From an uncultured Chitinophagaceae bacterium (lineage in GTDB: Bacteria; Bacteroidota; Bacteroidia; Chitinophagales; Chitinophagaceae): a stretch of 64,000 bases of DNA. A model generated the notes under the pieces. That model saw nothing but the letters and a program-made list of their open reading frames with translations, searched no databases and was not told where the DNA came from. The translations under genes were made by a program, and so were the position numbers. This document shows positions 19,582 through 29,210 of the stretch, in pieces (the stretch's first letter is position 1; every line of letters starts with the position of its first letter). The stretch lies in NCBI GenBank assembly GCA_963710055.1, contig CAVPYW010000008.1, positions 72,794 through 136,793 of the forward strand, given 5' to 3'.

Positions 19582-20019
19582 TCAGCGTATCTCGAATTTA
19601 CCGGCAGCAGTTTCTTCATCACCGCAGAATACACGGTAGATATAAGTTCCTCTTGCCAGTCCTGCGATACGGTAATGATCTTTTTCTTTCATTTTATAAT
19701 TCTGTACAAGGGCTCCCTGTACATCAAAAACAAAAAAGTCTACCAGTTTGCCATCGTTGTCTTTTGCTACCACATGCATTTCTCTTTTTAATACATCAGG
19801 GTAGATCTTTACCGAACTGTTATTAAGAGATCCAAAACTTCTCGATGTTTTTGTTTTGGCCTTCTTTTTTACAGGTTCTTCTTCTGACGGTTTAGTGATT
19901 GAAGAAAACTTTTTCACCGGCTTAACTTCAGCATGACCCGGTTGTGCAAACAGCACAGCGGCGCTCAAACTGAGGGCTAACATTTTAGTGAATTGTTTTC
20001 GGGTGGAATTCAGTTTCAT
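19582..20019 (-). CDS. T9SS type-A sorting domain protein, almost no passenger domain
   Basis: Signal peptide, short Lys/Ser-rich linker, then VKIYPD...FVFDVQGALV...LARGTYIYRV...KFEIR CTD. Confidence 0.8.
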   Translation of the reverse strand: MKLNSTRKQFTKMLALSLSAAVLFAQPGHAEVKPVKKFSSITKPSEEEPVKKKAKTKTSRSFGSLNNSSVKIYPDVLKREMHVVAKDNDGKLVDFFVFDVQGALVQNYKMKEKDHYRIAGLARGTYIYRVFCGDEETAAGKFEIR

Positions 20020-20059
20020 AGTGGGCGGGATTTTTAGGGGTGATGTTTGTATATTTTAA

Positions 20060-21016
20060 TTAATAGAATACGGGACATTTTAAATGTTTCAGGCTGCCAT
20101 TTGCATTGCCGATCCTCCAGCCAAATCTTAATATGCTGGAGAAATAAGCATCATTTTGTTTCGGGTCGCCTCTTTCTGCAAAATCCTGGTAAGGTCTTGT
20201 TGCCGCGAAAGTATAGGTACCCCGATAATACAATTGCCTTGCCATGGCTGCATCTGCTGCAGGCAGGTGTGCATCGAAAGTGATCGGATCGACATAATGA
20301 TCATGGCTTACATCATCCACATAATCGGTGAATAATTTCCTGTGTAATATCTCAAGGCCTATGTACATATTTTCTTTCAGGTAATATTTGAAACCAAAAC
20401 CTGCCAGCACATTCATCTGGGTAAGTTTGTAAGGTTTGCTGTCAGGGTATTCCGAAAAGCCCTGTCCTTCGAGATGCAACGGAGCAAGGTTCACCCATTT
20501 CCCATTCATATCTTTTGCCTGTGGATTGAAATGATACATACCAACACCACCGATAACATACGGACGGAACTTGCCCTGCAATCCATCGTATTGTTCAAAA
20601 AATACGGTCGGATAAAATTCCAGTGCAGCATATACTTCACTGATCTTTGATCTGAAATGAAGGTTACGGTATTTGCGATCTTCTTCAGGACCGCCTTTGG
20701 CCGGTGCTTCTGAATCATCACCTTCTACATAACCTAAATTTCCTGCGAGCCGTAAGCCGACCCATTCCGCAGGATAATAATTGATGTAAAGGCCTTTATT
20801 CAATTTTGTAAGAGGAAGATCGAGATCCTTCACAAATGTTTTTCCAACGCCGGCACTTCCGCCAAGATCACCCAGGAAGAACATCGGGCCTATGCCAAGT
20901 CCCAATTCAAATTTTCCATTGGATGAACTGATAGATTGCGAATTGCCTTGTAAGGAAAAAACGGTGAAGAAACAGATAAGTACGGACAGCCGTACAAGTA
21001 GTAAACTTGTTCTCAT
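20060..21016 (-). CDS. Outer-membrane beta-barrel protein (DUF6089/PorT-like)
   Basis: Signal peptide, GPMFFLGDLGG, RNLHFRS, FTDYVDDVS, RGDPKQNDAYF motifs. Confidence 0.7.
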   Translation of the reverse strand: MRTSLLLVRLSVLICFFTVFSLQGNSQSISSSNGKFELGLGIGPMFFLGDLGGSAGVGKTFVKDLDLPLTKLNKGLYINYYPAEWVGLRLAGNLGYVEGDDSEAPAKGGPEEDRKYRNLHFRSKISEVYAALEFYPTVFFEQYDGLQGKFRPYVIGGVGMYHFNPQAKDMNGKWVNLAPLHLEGQGFSEYPDSKPYKLTQMNVLAGFGFKYYLKENMYIGLEILHRKLFTDYVDDVSHDHYVDPITFDAHLPAADAAMARQLYYRGTYTFAATRPYQDFAERGDPKQNDAYFSSILRFGWRIGNANGSLKHLKCPVFY

Positions 21017-21183
21017 TGGTATCGGATTTCTGGTTTTTCGCCGAAGGACGACCTTCGGACTAACTATTGGTTCTCGGGGGCTAAAGTAGAATGCAAAAAA
21101 CTTTACAAAGAATCAATGAGTGATTTTTTTAATTGAAAGCATCAATAAAAGTTTATCTACGTCGGGGTTCTACGAAAAATGTA

Positions 21184-21657
21184 TTATGATTTTACCATTT
21201 CAATGTGTTCGATGCTGTCTTCAATATATGCATCGCCTGTTGTTTGGAAACCAAAGCCGGTGTAAAATTTAATAAGATAGACCTGAGCACTGATCCTGAT
21301 AGGGGTTTCACCGTATAAAGTATGAATATGATCGATAGATCGTTTCACCAGGTCTTTTCCAATACCCGTTCCTCTTGTTGATGATGAAGTAACGATACGG
21401 CCTATCGAAGGTTCTTTATATACAATTCCCGGCGGTATGATCCTGGCATATGCTACGAGCCGATAGCTATCGGCTTCTTTATCCTGCTCCGATAGTTCTT
21501 TGGACCAGCACATAATATGATAGGATGGTTGGTCCCTGTCATCCATATCAGGATAAACACAGTTTTGTTCGATGGCAAAAACTATATTCCGCAATTGGAG
21601 AATGGCGTAGAGTTCTTCCAGGGTTAGTTCGTTGAATTTTTTACAAAACCAATTCAT
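21184..21657 (-). CDS. elaA: GNAT acetyltransferase, ElaA family
   Basis: KKFNELTLEELYAILQLRNIVFAIEQNCVYPDMD, SIGRIVT, RGTGIG, ISAQVYL..FY..FGF, YIEDSIEHIEM; likely start ATG 21657. Confidence 0.85.
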   Translation of the reverse strand: MNWFCKKFNELTLEELYAILQLRNIVFAIEQNCVYPDMDDRDQPSYHIMCWSKELSEQDKEADSYRLVAYARIIPPGIVYKEPSIGRIVTSSSTRGTGIGKDLVKRSIDHIHTLYGETPIRISAQVYLIKFYTGFGFQTTGDAYIEDSIEHIEMVKS

Positions 21658-21819
21658 AATCTTATTTTGAAATTTTAGTCCCGATATTATCGGGAGGGAA
21701 ATTGCTTCATAGTTCATAAAATCATCCAGCATCAATATTTTAAGAAGATCAAAGAGATCTGGAGAATGAGAAAATTTCCCAATTTCCCAATTCCACTTTT
21801 CCCAATCTACTTCCCCCGA

Positions 21820-23172
21820 TCACCTTCCCGCCGGCACCGGCACCACCGCCAACCCTTCATTCCCTTCTTCACTGACAGATTGCACGGCAAAAAAATAATT
21901 ATCCTTGGAATAAGGCAGATCCATTTTTGTATCCGTCGTAAAAAATTTCTTTTGCCAGGAAGCAGAAGTTGTTTCCCGCATCATTACATAATAGCCTTTT
22001 ACTTTGCCGGACTTAGGAGCTTTCCATGTAAGGTTGGTATAATTGGTCAGTTTTTTTGTATCCACTTTTACTTCCTGCGGCATCGATGGCGATTTGGAAA
22101 GATTGGCCAGGTTGCAAAGATTCATACAGGTATTCTTTCGGAGGTATTCAAAGTCCATGAACTCCGGTAAGTCGCCGTACCGGATCCCGTTTTCCATTCG
22201 AACATCCTGGTGCTGGTGATAATAATTCTCATTCATTTCGGTGATACGAACGGCCGCATAACCTCTCTGCACATAAGGTGTATGATCGCCGCCGCGGAGA
22301 AAACGATCGTTGCGATATACCATCACTATTTCTAAATTATCGACATAACGTTCGCTTGTTTCTTTTACATAACGGGCCAGTTGCCTTGCTTTGCCATCAT
22401 TTTCCAAACCAAGACTGCGGATATTCAATGCTGCTCTCCCTGTATCCAGTACAGAAAATGCTTCGCTGAACACCCGGATCCTGGTATTGTTGATCACATT
22501 TGTCTCACTGCTGTTATTGCTTCCCATGATATCGTTATTCAATACAGCTTCGATATTCCAGTTTTGTTTTTTTGCTTTTTCAGCCATGAAGTTGGCGCCG
22601 AGTAATCCCTGTTCTTCGCCGCTCACGGCAACAAAAATGATCGTAGCAGGAAAAGAACGCTGGCTCATCACTCTTGCACATTCCATTACATTGGCAACGC
22701 CACTGGCATCATCGTTAGCGCCGGGCGCATCGCCGGTACTATCCATCACATTCGTTCTCATATTATCCAAATGACCACTGACAATGAAGATGCGGTCATC
22801 ATTCGGATCCGTACCTTTTAATGTTGCTACAACATTTCCCAATACAATGGGCCTGTTCACACGGCGGCCATCTGCAGCCAATGTGATCGTATCGATGAAT
22901 GCGGTCAACCTGCCAGCCGATTGTTTTGCAAATTCATTGAAGCGGCTCAACACCCAATTGCGGGCAGCACCGATACCTCTTTTAGGATCGGCTTGTGTGC
23001 TTAATGTGTTCCGGGTGCCGAAACTCACCATTTTCCTGGTATAGGATTCAAGCGAATCTTTTGATACTTCGCTTACCATCTTTTCTATCTGCGGATCACG
23101 GTTGATCGTTGTTTGCGCTTGTAAGCGGGTAATGAATAATACAAATGCAAAAAAGAAGAACAGCTTTTTCAT
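21820..23172 (-). CDS. M28 family metallopeptidase with C-terminal FN3-like tail
   Basis: FGTRNTLS, SGHLD, GANDDASG, GEEQGLLG, NNDI, RGGDH, HQHQD; likely start ATG 23172. Confidence 0.9.
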   Translation of the reverse strand: MKKLFFFFAFVLFITRLQAQTTINRDPQIEKMVSEVSKDSLESYTRKMVSFGTRNTLSTQADPKRGIGAARNWVLSRFNEFAKQSAGRLTAFIDTITLAADGRRVNRPIVLGNVVATLKGTDPNDDRIFIVSGHLDNMRTNVMDSTGDAPGANDDASGVANVMECARVMSQRSFPATIIFVAVSGEEQGLLGANFMAEKAKKQNWNIEAVLNNDIMGSNNSSETNVINNTRIRVFSEAFSVLDTGRAALNIRSLGLENDGKARQLARYVKETSERYVDNLEIVMVYRNDRFLRGGDHTPYVQRGYAAVRITEMNENYYHQHQDVRMENGIRYGDLPEFMDFEYLRKNTCMNLCNLANLSKSPSMPQEVKVDTKKLTNYTNLTWKAPKSGKVKGYYVMMRETTSASWQKKFFTTDTKMDLPYSKDNYFFAVQSVSEEGNEGLAVVPVPAGR

Positions 23173-23272
23173 TTCAAAAATTTTGAATGATAAATGTAAG
23201 AAATGAAAGGCATTGCAGGGAAAAGAGTACATTTAGAATGATAAACAGCACCATCAACCTTAAACCTCAATT

Positions 23273-23890
23273 ATGCTTATTACTTCACAACAACTCGATG
23301 CGATCACAGCGACGCTGGGACCCGCCCGCTGTATTGAAATGGCTGACCTGATCAATGAACTTTGTACTACTTACGGTCTTATAGACAAACTTCCTTTCCA
23401 GATGTTCCTTGCGAATGTGATACAGGAAAGTGGTGAGTTCGGTGCCAAGCAGGAAAATATGTATTACCAGGCAAAGACATTGATGAAAGTATGGCCCAAG
23501 CGTTTTCCTACTAATCAAATAGCGATGCAGTATGAAAAAAATCCGCAGAAGCTTGCCAATTTTGTGTACGGCGGAAGAATGGGTAATACAGATCCCAATG
23601 ACGGATGGCAATACCGCGGCGGTGGTTTTATTGGATTAACAGGAAAAGATATCTATACAAAATATGCAAAGTATATCGGCAAAGGAGTATATGAAGCGGC
23701 GGACCTTGTGCATACACAAGACAGGTATGCGCTGGATAGTGCCTGCTGGTTTTTTGCGGTGAATAATAAATTAATTCCTGTTGCAAAGAAAGGAGATTTT
23801 GTAGCGGTTGTGAAAGGAATTAATGGCGGTACAATTGGATTAGCCACACGGCAGCATTATTATAGCTTGTGTCAATCAGTATTGAAATAA
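23273..23890 (+). CDS. Glycoside hydrolase family 19 (lysozyme/endolysin-like)
   Basis: FLANVIQESGEF..KQENMYY, LANFVYGGRMGN..PNDGWQYRGGGFIGLTG, SACWFF, INGGTIGL..R. Confidence 0.88.
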   Translation: MLITSQQLDAITATLGPARCIEMADLINELCTTYGLIDKLPFQMFLANVIQESGEFGAKQENMYYQAKTLMKVWPKRFPTNQIAMQYEKNPQKLANFVYGGRMGNTDPNDGWQYRGGGFIGLTGKDIYTKYAKYIGKGVYEAADLVHTQDRYALDSACWFFAVNNKLIPVAKKGDFVAVVKGINGGTIGLATRQHYYSLCQSVLK

Positions 23891-23907
23891 TTTCAGGTAT
23901 ACATAAG

Positions 23908-23979
23908 TTTCACGCAACGAACGCAAAGGAGCGTCGGCGCCACGTTGCGTTCGTTTACTGTGGCGTTCGCTGCGTGAAA
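23908..23979. repeat. 72-bp palindromic element with 9-bp internal periodicity
   Basis: TTTCACGCAACGAACGC...GCGTTCGCTGCGTGAAA inverted ends. Confidence 0.7.
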
Positions 23980-24018
23980 AAAAATATGATAATGTTGATT
24001 TTAATAATTTGTTATTGA

Positions 24019-24897
24019 ATGCCCGTTAAGGATCTTAGTTTAATTCATCATTTGATCACCGATCTTTTTCAGTGGCCGCAAAACGCTGCCGAATGGGAAC
24101 AGTATAAATTAAAGCAGGAGCAAATCGATCTTTTCAATGAGAATGGTTTTGTCAGCGGTATAAAAATGCTGGAGGATGAACAAGTTGAGGTCATCCGGAA
24201 AGAGTTAGCCGAAATTGCAGATCCAAAACACCCGGGGCATGCATTGTTCTATGAATTTCATTCCAACGAATCGACCGATCCATCTACTATTTTATTTCAT
24301 GCATTAGGCGCCTGGAGAATAACTCCGGGTTTGCATGATGCATTATGGAATCCCCGGTTCGTAGCTGCAGCGGGCCAGTTGCTCAATGGCAATGCCCGGT
24401 TTTGGCATGACCAGCTATTCTGGAAACCTCCGAAGCAAGGCGGCGTTGTAGCATGGCACCAGGATTATTCTTACTGGACAAGAACAAAACCCATTGCGCA
24501 TCTTACCTGCTGGTGTGGCCTCGATGATGCAACAAAAGAGAATGGTTGTTTGCAATATATTCCCGGCAGTCATAAATGGGGATTGTTACCCAAACCTGTT
24601 ATTGCCGGCGAATTGCAGGGCATCAAAGATTTTTTAAATGATGAACAAAAAAAGCAATTCGAAGCTCCCATGTATGCTGAAGTAAAAGCAGGGGAAGCTA
24701 TTTTTCACCATTCGCTGACCCTGCATGGCTCCGGTGCCAATACATCTTCCAAACCAAGAAGAGCATTTGTTATCAATGCATTTGCGGATGGTGTTATTTC
24801 CGATTCTGATGAACCATTACTGGATGGCGTGGATATAGTGCCGAAAGGAAAGAAGATGGAAGGGCAGTTCTTTCCCTTGCTAAAACAGGAAGATTAG
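24019..24897 (+). CDS. Phytanoyl-CoA dioxygenase (PhyH) family Fe/2OG enzyme
   Basis: DQLFWKPP, WHQD (HxD), NGCLQYIPGSHKW, HHSLTLHGSG.N.S..PRRA. Confidence 0.9.
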   Translation: MPVKDLSLIHHLITDLFQWPQNAAEWEQYKLKQEQIDLFNENGFVSGIKMLEDEQVEVIRKELAEIADPKHPGHALFYEFHSNESTDPSTILFHALGAWRITPGLHDALWNPRFVAAAGQLLNGNARFWHDQLFWKPPKQGGVVAWHQDYSYWTRTKPIAHLTCWCGLDDATKENGCLQYIPGSHKWGLLPKPVIAGELQGIKDFLNDEQKKQFEAPMYAEVKAGEAIFHHSLTLHGSGANTSSKPRRAFVINAFADGVISDSDEPLLDGVDIVPKGKKMEGQFFPLLKQED

Positions 24898-24966
24898 TAG
24901 GGAGTAGCTAGTAGGAAGTTTACAATAGCACGCAATCCCTGCTCGCCACTAGCCATTCCCCACTAC

Positions 24967-26256
24967 CTAATAATTGTATTTATCCTTCCACAAACTCTTC
25001 AAAAATTTTCTTAACTCCTCTTCTCTTGCATTCTTTCCGGGATCGAAGAATTTCATACCGGCAATTTCTTTGGGCAAATATTCCTGCGGAGAAAAGTTAT
25101 TCTCATAACTGTGCGAGTATTCATAATTCTTTCCGTAACCCATATTCTTCATCAGTTTTGTCGGCGCATTGCGGATATGCAATGGCACGGGAAGATCGCC
25201 ATGTTGTTTAACGGCATTCATAGCCGCCCCGATGGCTGCGGTGGCAGCATTGCTTTTTGCACTTGAAGCCAGATAGATGACACATTGCGATAATATCAGC
25301 GCCGATTCAGGATAACCGATCTTATTCACTGCATCGAAAGTAGCATTGGCCATTACCAGTGCAGTTGGATTAGCATTACCGATATCTTCGCTCGCCAGTA
25401 TCAGCAATCTTCTTGCAATGAATTTTACATCTTCACCGCCTTCGATCATTCTTGCAAGCCAATACACCGCTGCATTGGGATCGCTGCCACGTATCGATTT
25501 GATAAAAGCAGAAATGATATCATAATGTTGTTCGCCGCTTTTATCATACAGGGCAATTCTTTGCTGGGCTACATGCATTATATATTCATCGGTGATAACT
25601 ATTTTATCGGAGTCTTCGGAACCCCCTCCTGCGGAGGGGTTTGGGGAGACTGCAATTTCCAGCAGGTTCAGTAATTTCCGGGCATCGCCACCGGAAATAT
25701 TGATCATCGCTGCTGTTTCTTTTAATTCGATCTTTTTCTTTTTTAAGATCCCGTCTTTTTGAATGGCAGTCTTTAAAAGACCGGTAAGATCTTTTTCCTC
25801 CAATGGTTTTAATACATATACCTGGCAACGGCTAAGCAAGGCGCTGTTCACTTCGAAAGAAGGGTTCTCTGTTGTGGCACCGATTAATACAATGATCCCT
25901 TTTTCAACAGCACCCAATAATGCATCCTGCTGGCCTTTATTAAAACGATGGATCTCATCAATGAATAATATAGCGCCGGGTTTTGATCTTGCTTCTTCGA
26001 TCACTTCTCTTACATCTTTTACACCGGAACTGATAGCGCTGAGTTGAAAGAACGGAACTTTTAATGTGTGTGCAATGATATTGGCAATCGTTGTTTTGCC
26101 GGTACCCGGCGGCCCCCAGAATATCATCGAAGGCACTTTGCCTTTTTCAATGGCAGTTCGTAAAATACCTCCTTTGCCAACAAGATGTTGTTGTCCCAGC
26201 AATTCATCCAATGAATTGGGACGAATGCGTTCCGCCAGCGGCACGTTAGTGTTCAT
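24967..26256 (-). CDS. rarA: Replication-associated recombination protein A
   Basis: PLAERIRP, WGPPGTGKTT, FIDEIHRFNK, ATTENPSF, ISAFIKSIRGSDP, ASEDIGNANP. Confidence 0.96.
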   Translation of the reverse strand: MNTNVPLAERIRPNSLDELLGQQHLVGKGGILRTAIEKGKVPSMIFWGPPGTGKTTIANIIAHTLKVPFFQLSAISSGVKDVREVIEEARSKPGAILFIDEIHRFNKGQQDALLGAVEKGIIVLIGATTENPSFEVNSALLSRCQVYVLKPLEEKDLTGLLKTAIQKDGILKKKKIELKETAAMINISGGDARKLLNLLEIAVSPNPSAGGGSEDSDKIVITDEYIMHVAQQRIALYDKSGEQHYDIISAFIKSIRGSDPNAAVYWLARMIEGGEDVKFIARRLLILASEDIGNANPTALVMANATFDAVNKIGYPESALILSQCVIYLASSAKSNAATAAIGAAMNAVKQHGDLPVPLHIRNAPTKLMKNMGYGKNYEYSHSYENNFSPQEYLPKEIAGMKFFDPGKNAREEELRKFLKSLWKDKYNY

Positions 26257-26387
26257 AGCATAAAGTTACTGCCAGTCTGGGTTTCTGGTTTCAAGTTTCT
26301 GGTTTAAGGTTAGGTCGTTCAAACTTTAAAAGACTCGGCACATAGCACGCCAACCAGAAACCAGAAACTTGAAACCAGAAACGAATC

Positions 26388-27248
26388 TCAATTTACATTC
26401 GCATTAATGAAAGCTGTGATCTTATCAAATGAATCTGCCAGGTTGGGCCCCACCCATCCATGATTTTCAGTGGGGTAAAAAACATATTGGTTCACTACGC
26501 CGAATGTTGTCAACTTATTTTTCAACGCCACCGACTGGCCAAACAATACAACAATATCAACACCGCCATGAAGGATGATGGTCGGCGGACTTTGTGCTGT
26601 TACATAGTTAATGGGACTTGACTGCGCAAATAAAGCGGGAAGTGTTGCGGGTGTACCGCCAGTTACCTGTAATAATTGAAATGGCACTAATGGGTTCGCA
26701 GGGTTGTTATACATATCCACCATATCGGTAGGCCCGAAGAAATCCACCACTGCTTTTATTTTTACCGGCATTGTGTTTTTATAAGCATGCAGCAACGCAA
26801 GATGTGCGCCGGCACTGGTCCCGATCATTACATATTTATCGCCGATAAAATATTCATTTCTTTTTCCATAAATAAAATCAACGGCAGCCTTCACATCGTT
26901 TTCCTGTGTAGGAAAAAAATTGACAGAGCCGTTACCCAAACGATAATTGATATTGAAGATGGCATAGCCCGGCAATCTTTTCTTTAATGTATCCACATAA
27001 GCTGTCAATTCTGATTTATCTCCCTGGCTCCAGCCGCCGCCGTGGATCATGATGATGACCTTAGTATTCGTTGTTGTTCTTCCTGCCGGTAAATAGATAT
27101 CCATTTTTTGAGCAGCATCGGAACCATATGATACATTCAGCTCTGTTTTTTCAGGTATAGTGTTGGGAACGGGAAAATCATTTATACCGTGCTTTTTGCA
27201 GGAAAAAAGTATAAGGGAAAAGACTGTAGCCACCAGGACATATCTCAT
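26388..27248 (-). CDS. Alpha/beta hydrolase (esterase/lipase) lipoprotein
   Basis: Lipobox LFSC, HGGGW, GTSAGAHL, HGGVD, H catalytic; likely start ATG 27248. Confidence 0.88.
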   Translation of the reverse strand: MRYVLVATVFSLILFSCKKHGINDFPVPNTIPEKTELNVSYGSDAAQKMDIYLPAGRTTTNTKVIIMIHGGGWSQGDKSELTAYVDTLKKRLPGYAIFNINYRLGNGSVNFFPTQENDVKAAVDFIYGKRNEYFIGDKYVMIGTSAGAHLALLHAYKNTMPVKIKAVVDFFGPTDMVDMYNNPANPLVPFQLLQVTGGTPATLPALFAQSSPINYVTAQSPPTIILHGGVDIVVLFGQSVALKNKLTTFGVVNQYVFYPTENHGWVGPNLADSFDKITAFINANVN

Positions 27249-27455
27249 GCGATCTTTTTTTTGTAAGTTAATAAAACAGTTCAAATAAGTCAAAATGGTC
27301 CTATTGTGGTAGTATGTCATTTTGCCGGAAAGACGGGAAGACGATAAGAAAAGAGTTTGTAAATCAATCTGCCCGGCCATTTTTCAAACTGGTACACTAA
27401 TCGTATTGTACAGGTGCACAAATTCTACGGTGGAAAATTCATTTGGTATTTCCAG

Positions 27456-27755
27456 CTATTGGCCCTGTACCTTTTTAAAATACTCTTTGATAAGCGAGGT
27501 GTACAATTTATTGCTGGTTACATTTAAGCGGACCTGTGCGGCGTTCCGTAAGTTTTCATCAGCCATGATCCTTTTCGCTTCATCATTGGCCTGCTCCATT
27601 ATTTTATTGACCTTTTTTTGTTTAACACTCAGTTTGCGCCGGCTCATATCGGGGTACTGGCTGATGATCGTCTTATCGCCGTATTGTTTTACCACCAGTT
27701 GCCGGCCGATATGACCGGATAATTTTTTAAGTAACAGGTTATTGCTGATAGCCAT
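27456..27755 (-). CDS. Small basic hypothetical protein (resembles DUF6266-type Bacteroidota proteins)
   Basis: MAISNNLLLKKLSGHIGRQLVVKQYGDKTIISQYPD pattern recognised from memory; Lys-rich. Confidence 0.65.
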   Translation of the reverse strand: MAISNNLLLKKLSGHIGRQLVVKQYGDKTIISQYPDMSRRKLSVKQKKVNKIMEQANDEAKRIMADENLRNAAQVRLNVTSNKLYTSLIKEYFKKVQGQ

Positions 27756-27820
27756 AGATAGGGTTTTAATTGCTTGTTCCTTGCTTTAAGGTAGTGTTAA
27801 AGATACAGCATTTTATACTA

Positions 27821-27960
27821 TACTTAAGGTTATTGTAAGCTTATCTTAGGGTTCTTATCATAAAAAACCTTAAGAATACCTGATAAAGAGCCTAAGATAA
27901 CCCCAGGATGATATATAGATAACACATGAATAAAGCATGGATAAAGGATGATGTAAGCAA
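27821..27960. repeat. 11-bp periodic repeat array in two opposed blocks
   Basis: taaggttattg/taagcttatct/tagggttctta, then gataaccccag/gatgatatata/gataacacatg/aataaagcatg/gataaaggatg. Confidence 0.6.
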
Positions 27961-28296
27961 TTAAAGAGGATGTTCAATATTAACCAGGGCTCAAAGAATG
28001 CGAATAGTGGTACACCTGATAGCTACGGGGTTTCAATTTCCACCAGGTGACGCAGATCGAATACACGCAGATTTCGCAAAATTATTTACTCTTATCTGCG
28101 ATTGTCAGCGAAAAGACCGGCGTGATCAGCGGGGAATAAAAAGTAATTTCAAACTGTACCACTTCCTGGATCCGCAAAGCCGCTAAGCGTTTGTGCTCCT
28201 GCAAAAGCTTATGCATTTTTGCGGTTAAGGATTTGGCCCGGGATTCACCCTTCGCTGATTTTTGTTTTCAGTAACTTGTAAATTAAATTATTAAGG

Positions 28297-28986
28297 ATGA
28301 GAACCGCAATCGTTACCGGTGCGTCGGGGAATCTTGGCCAGGCAGTTGTAAGCAAGTTCATTGCTGAAGGATATAAGGTTGTTGGAACAGTAGTGCCGAA
28401 TGACCCGGTAGCTGTTGATTTTCCTGCTGATAGTTTTGAAAAAACAGTGGTTGACCTGATGGACGAAGCCGGCTCCAATAAGTTTATTGATGCAGTGATC
28501 TCGAAATACGGTTCTGTTGATGTGGCTGTTTTAACGGTGGGCGGTTTTGCAATGGGAAAAATGGCGGATACTTCTGCTGCCGATATCCTGAAGCAATACA
28601 AATTGAATTTTGAAACGGCTTATCATGTCGCAAGACCTGTGTTTGCACAAATGATGAAACAAAACAGCGGAAGGATTTTTATCATCGGTTCCAAACCCGG
28701 GCTTAGTGCAGACAATGGAAAAGGTATGATCGCCTATAGCCTCGCAAAATCATTGATCTTTCGTTTGGCAGAACTGATGAATGCAGAAGCGAAAGGAAAG
28801 AATATTGTGACCTGTGTAGTTGTGCCCAGTACGATCGATACAGCTCAAAATAGAAAAGCAATGCCGGATGCTGACCCGGATAAGTGGGTGAAGCCGGAAG
28901 ATATTGCGAATGTTATTTATTATAATAGTTCGGAGGAAGCGGGAGTGTTGAGGGAGACGGTGCTTAAGGTTTATAATAATGCGTGA
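28297..28986 (+). CDS. Short-chain dehydrogenase/reductase
   Basis: TGASGNLG, YSLAK (YxxxK), PSTIDT. Confidence 0.9.
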   Translation: MRTAIVTGASGNLGQAVVSKFIAEGYKVVGTVVPNDPVAVDFPADSFEKTVVDLMDEAGSNKFIDAVISKYGSVDVAVLTVGGFAMGKMADTSAADILKQYKLNFETAYHVARPVFAQMMKQNSGRIFIIGSKPGLSADNGKGMIAYSLAKSLIFRLAELMNAEAKGKNIVTCVVVPSTIDTAQNRKAMPDADPDKWVKPEDIANVIYYNSSEEAGVLRETVLKVYNNA

Positions 28987-29147
28987 GCAGGTAATTGGGT
29001 ATTTGGAATTTGGGAAGTTCGGGTTCAGCCGCAAGAAAGTAATCATTGCTTTAGATTTAGTTTACTAGAAAATAGGGCTAGCATGCTAGAAATCAAGTTT
29101 TAATCACTTGTTAATTTATTCGATATATTCTAAATTAGTATTAGCTT

Positions 29148-29185
29148 GATAAAATAATTAGCAAAAAAGCGCTAATTATTTTATC
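29148..29185. promoter_or_regulatory. Perfect 15-bp inverted repeat overlapping the likely promoter of the Panacea module
   Basis: GATAAAATAATTAGC-AAAAAAGC-GCTAATTATTTTATC; the right arm overlaps TATCTTTA (-7-like, 29182-29189). Confidence 0.65.
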
Positions 29186-29210
29186 TTTACAGGCTCTAAA
29201 AAAACTTCTC

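Noticed and set aside
27998-28186. 62-aa ORF
   Set aside because: Consists mainly of the 9-bp periodic repeat element
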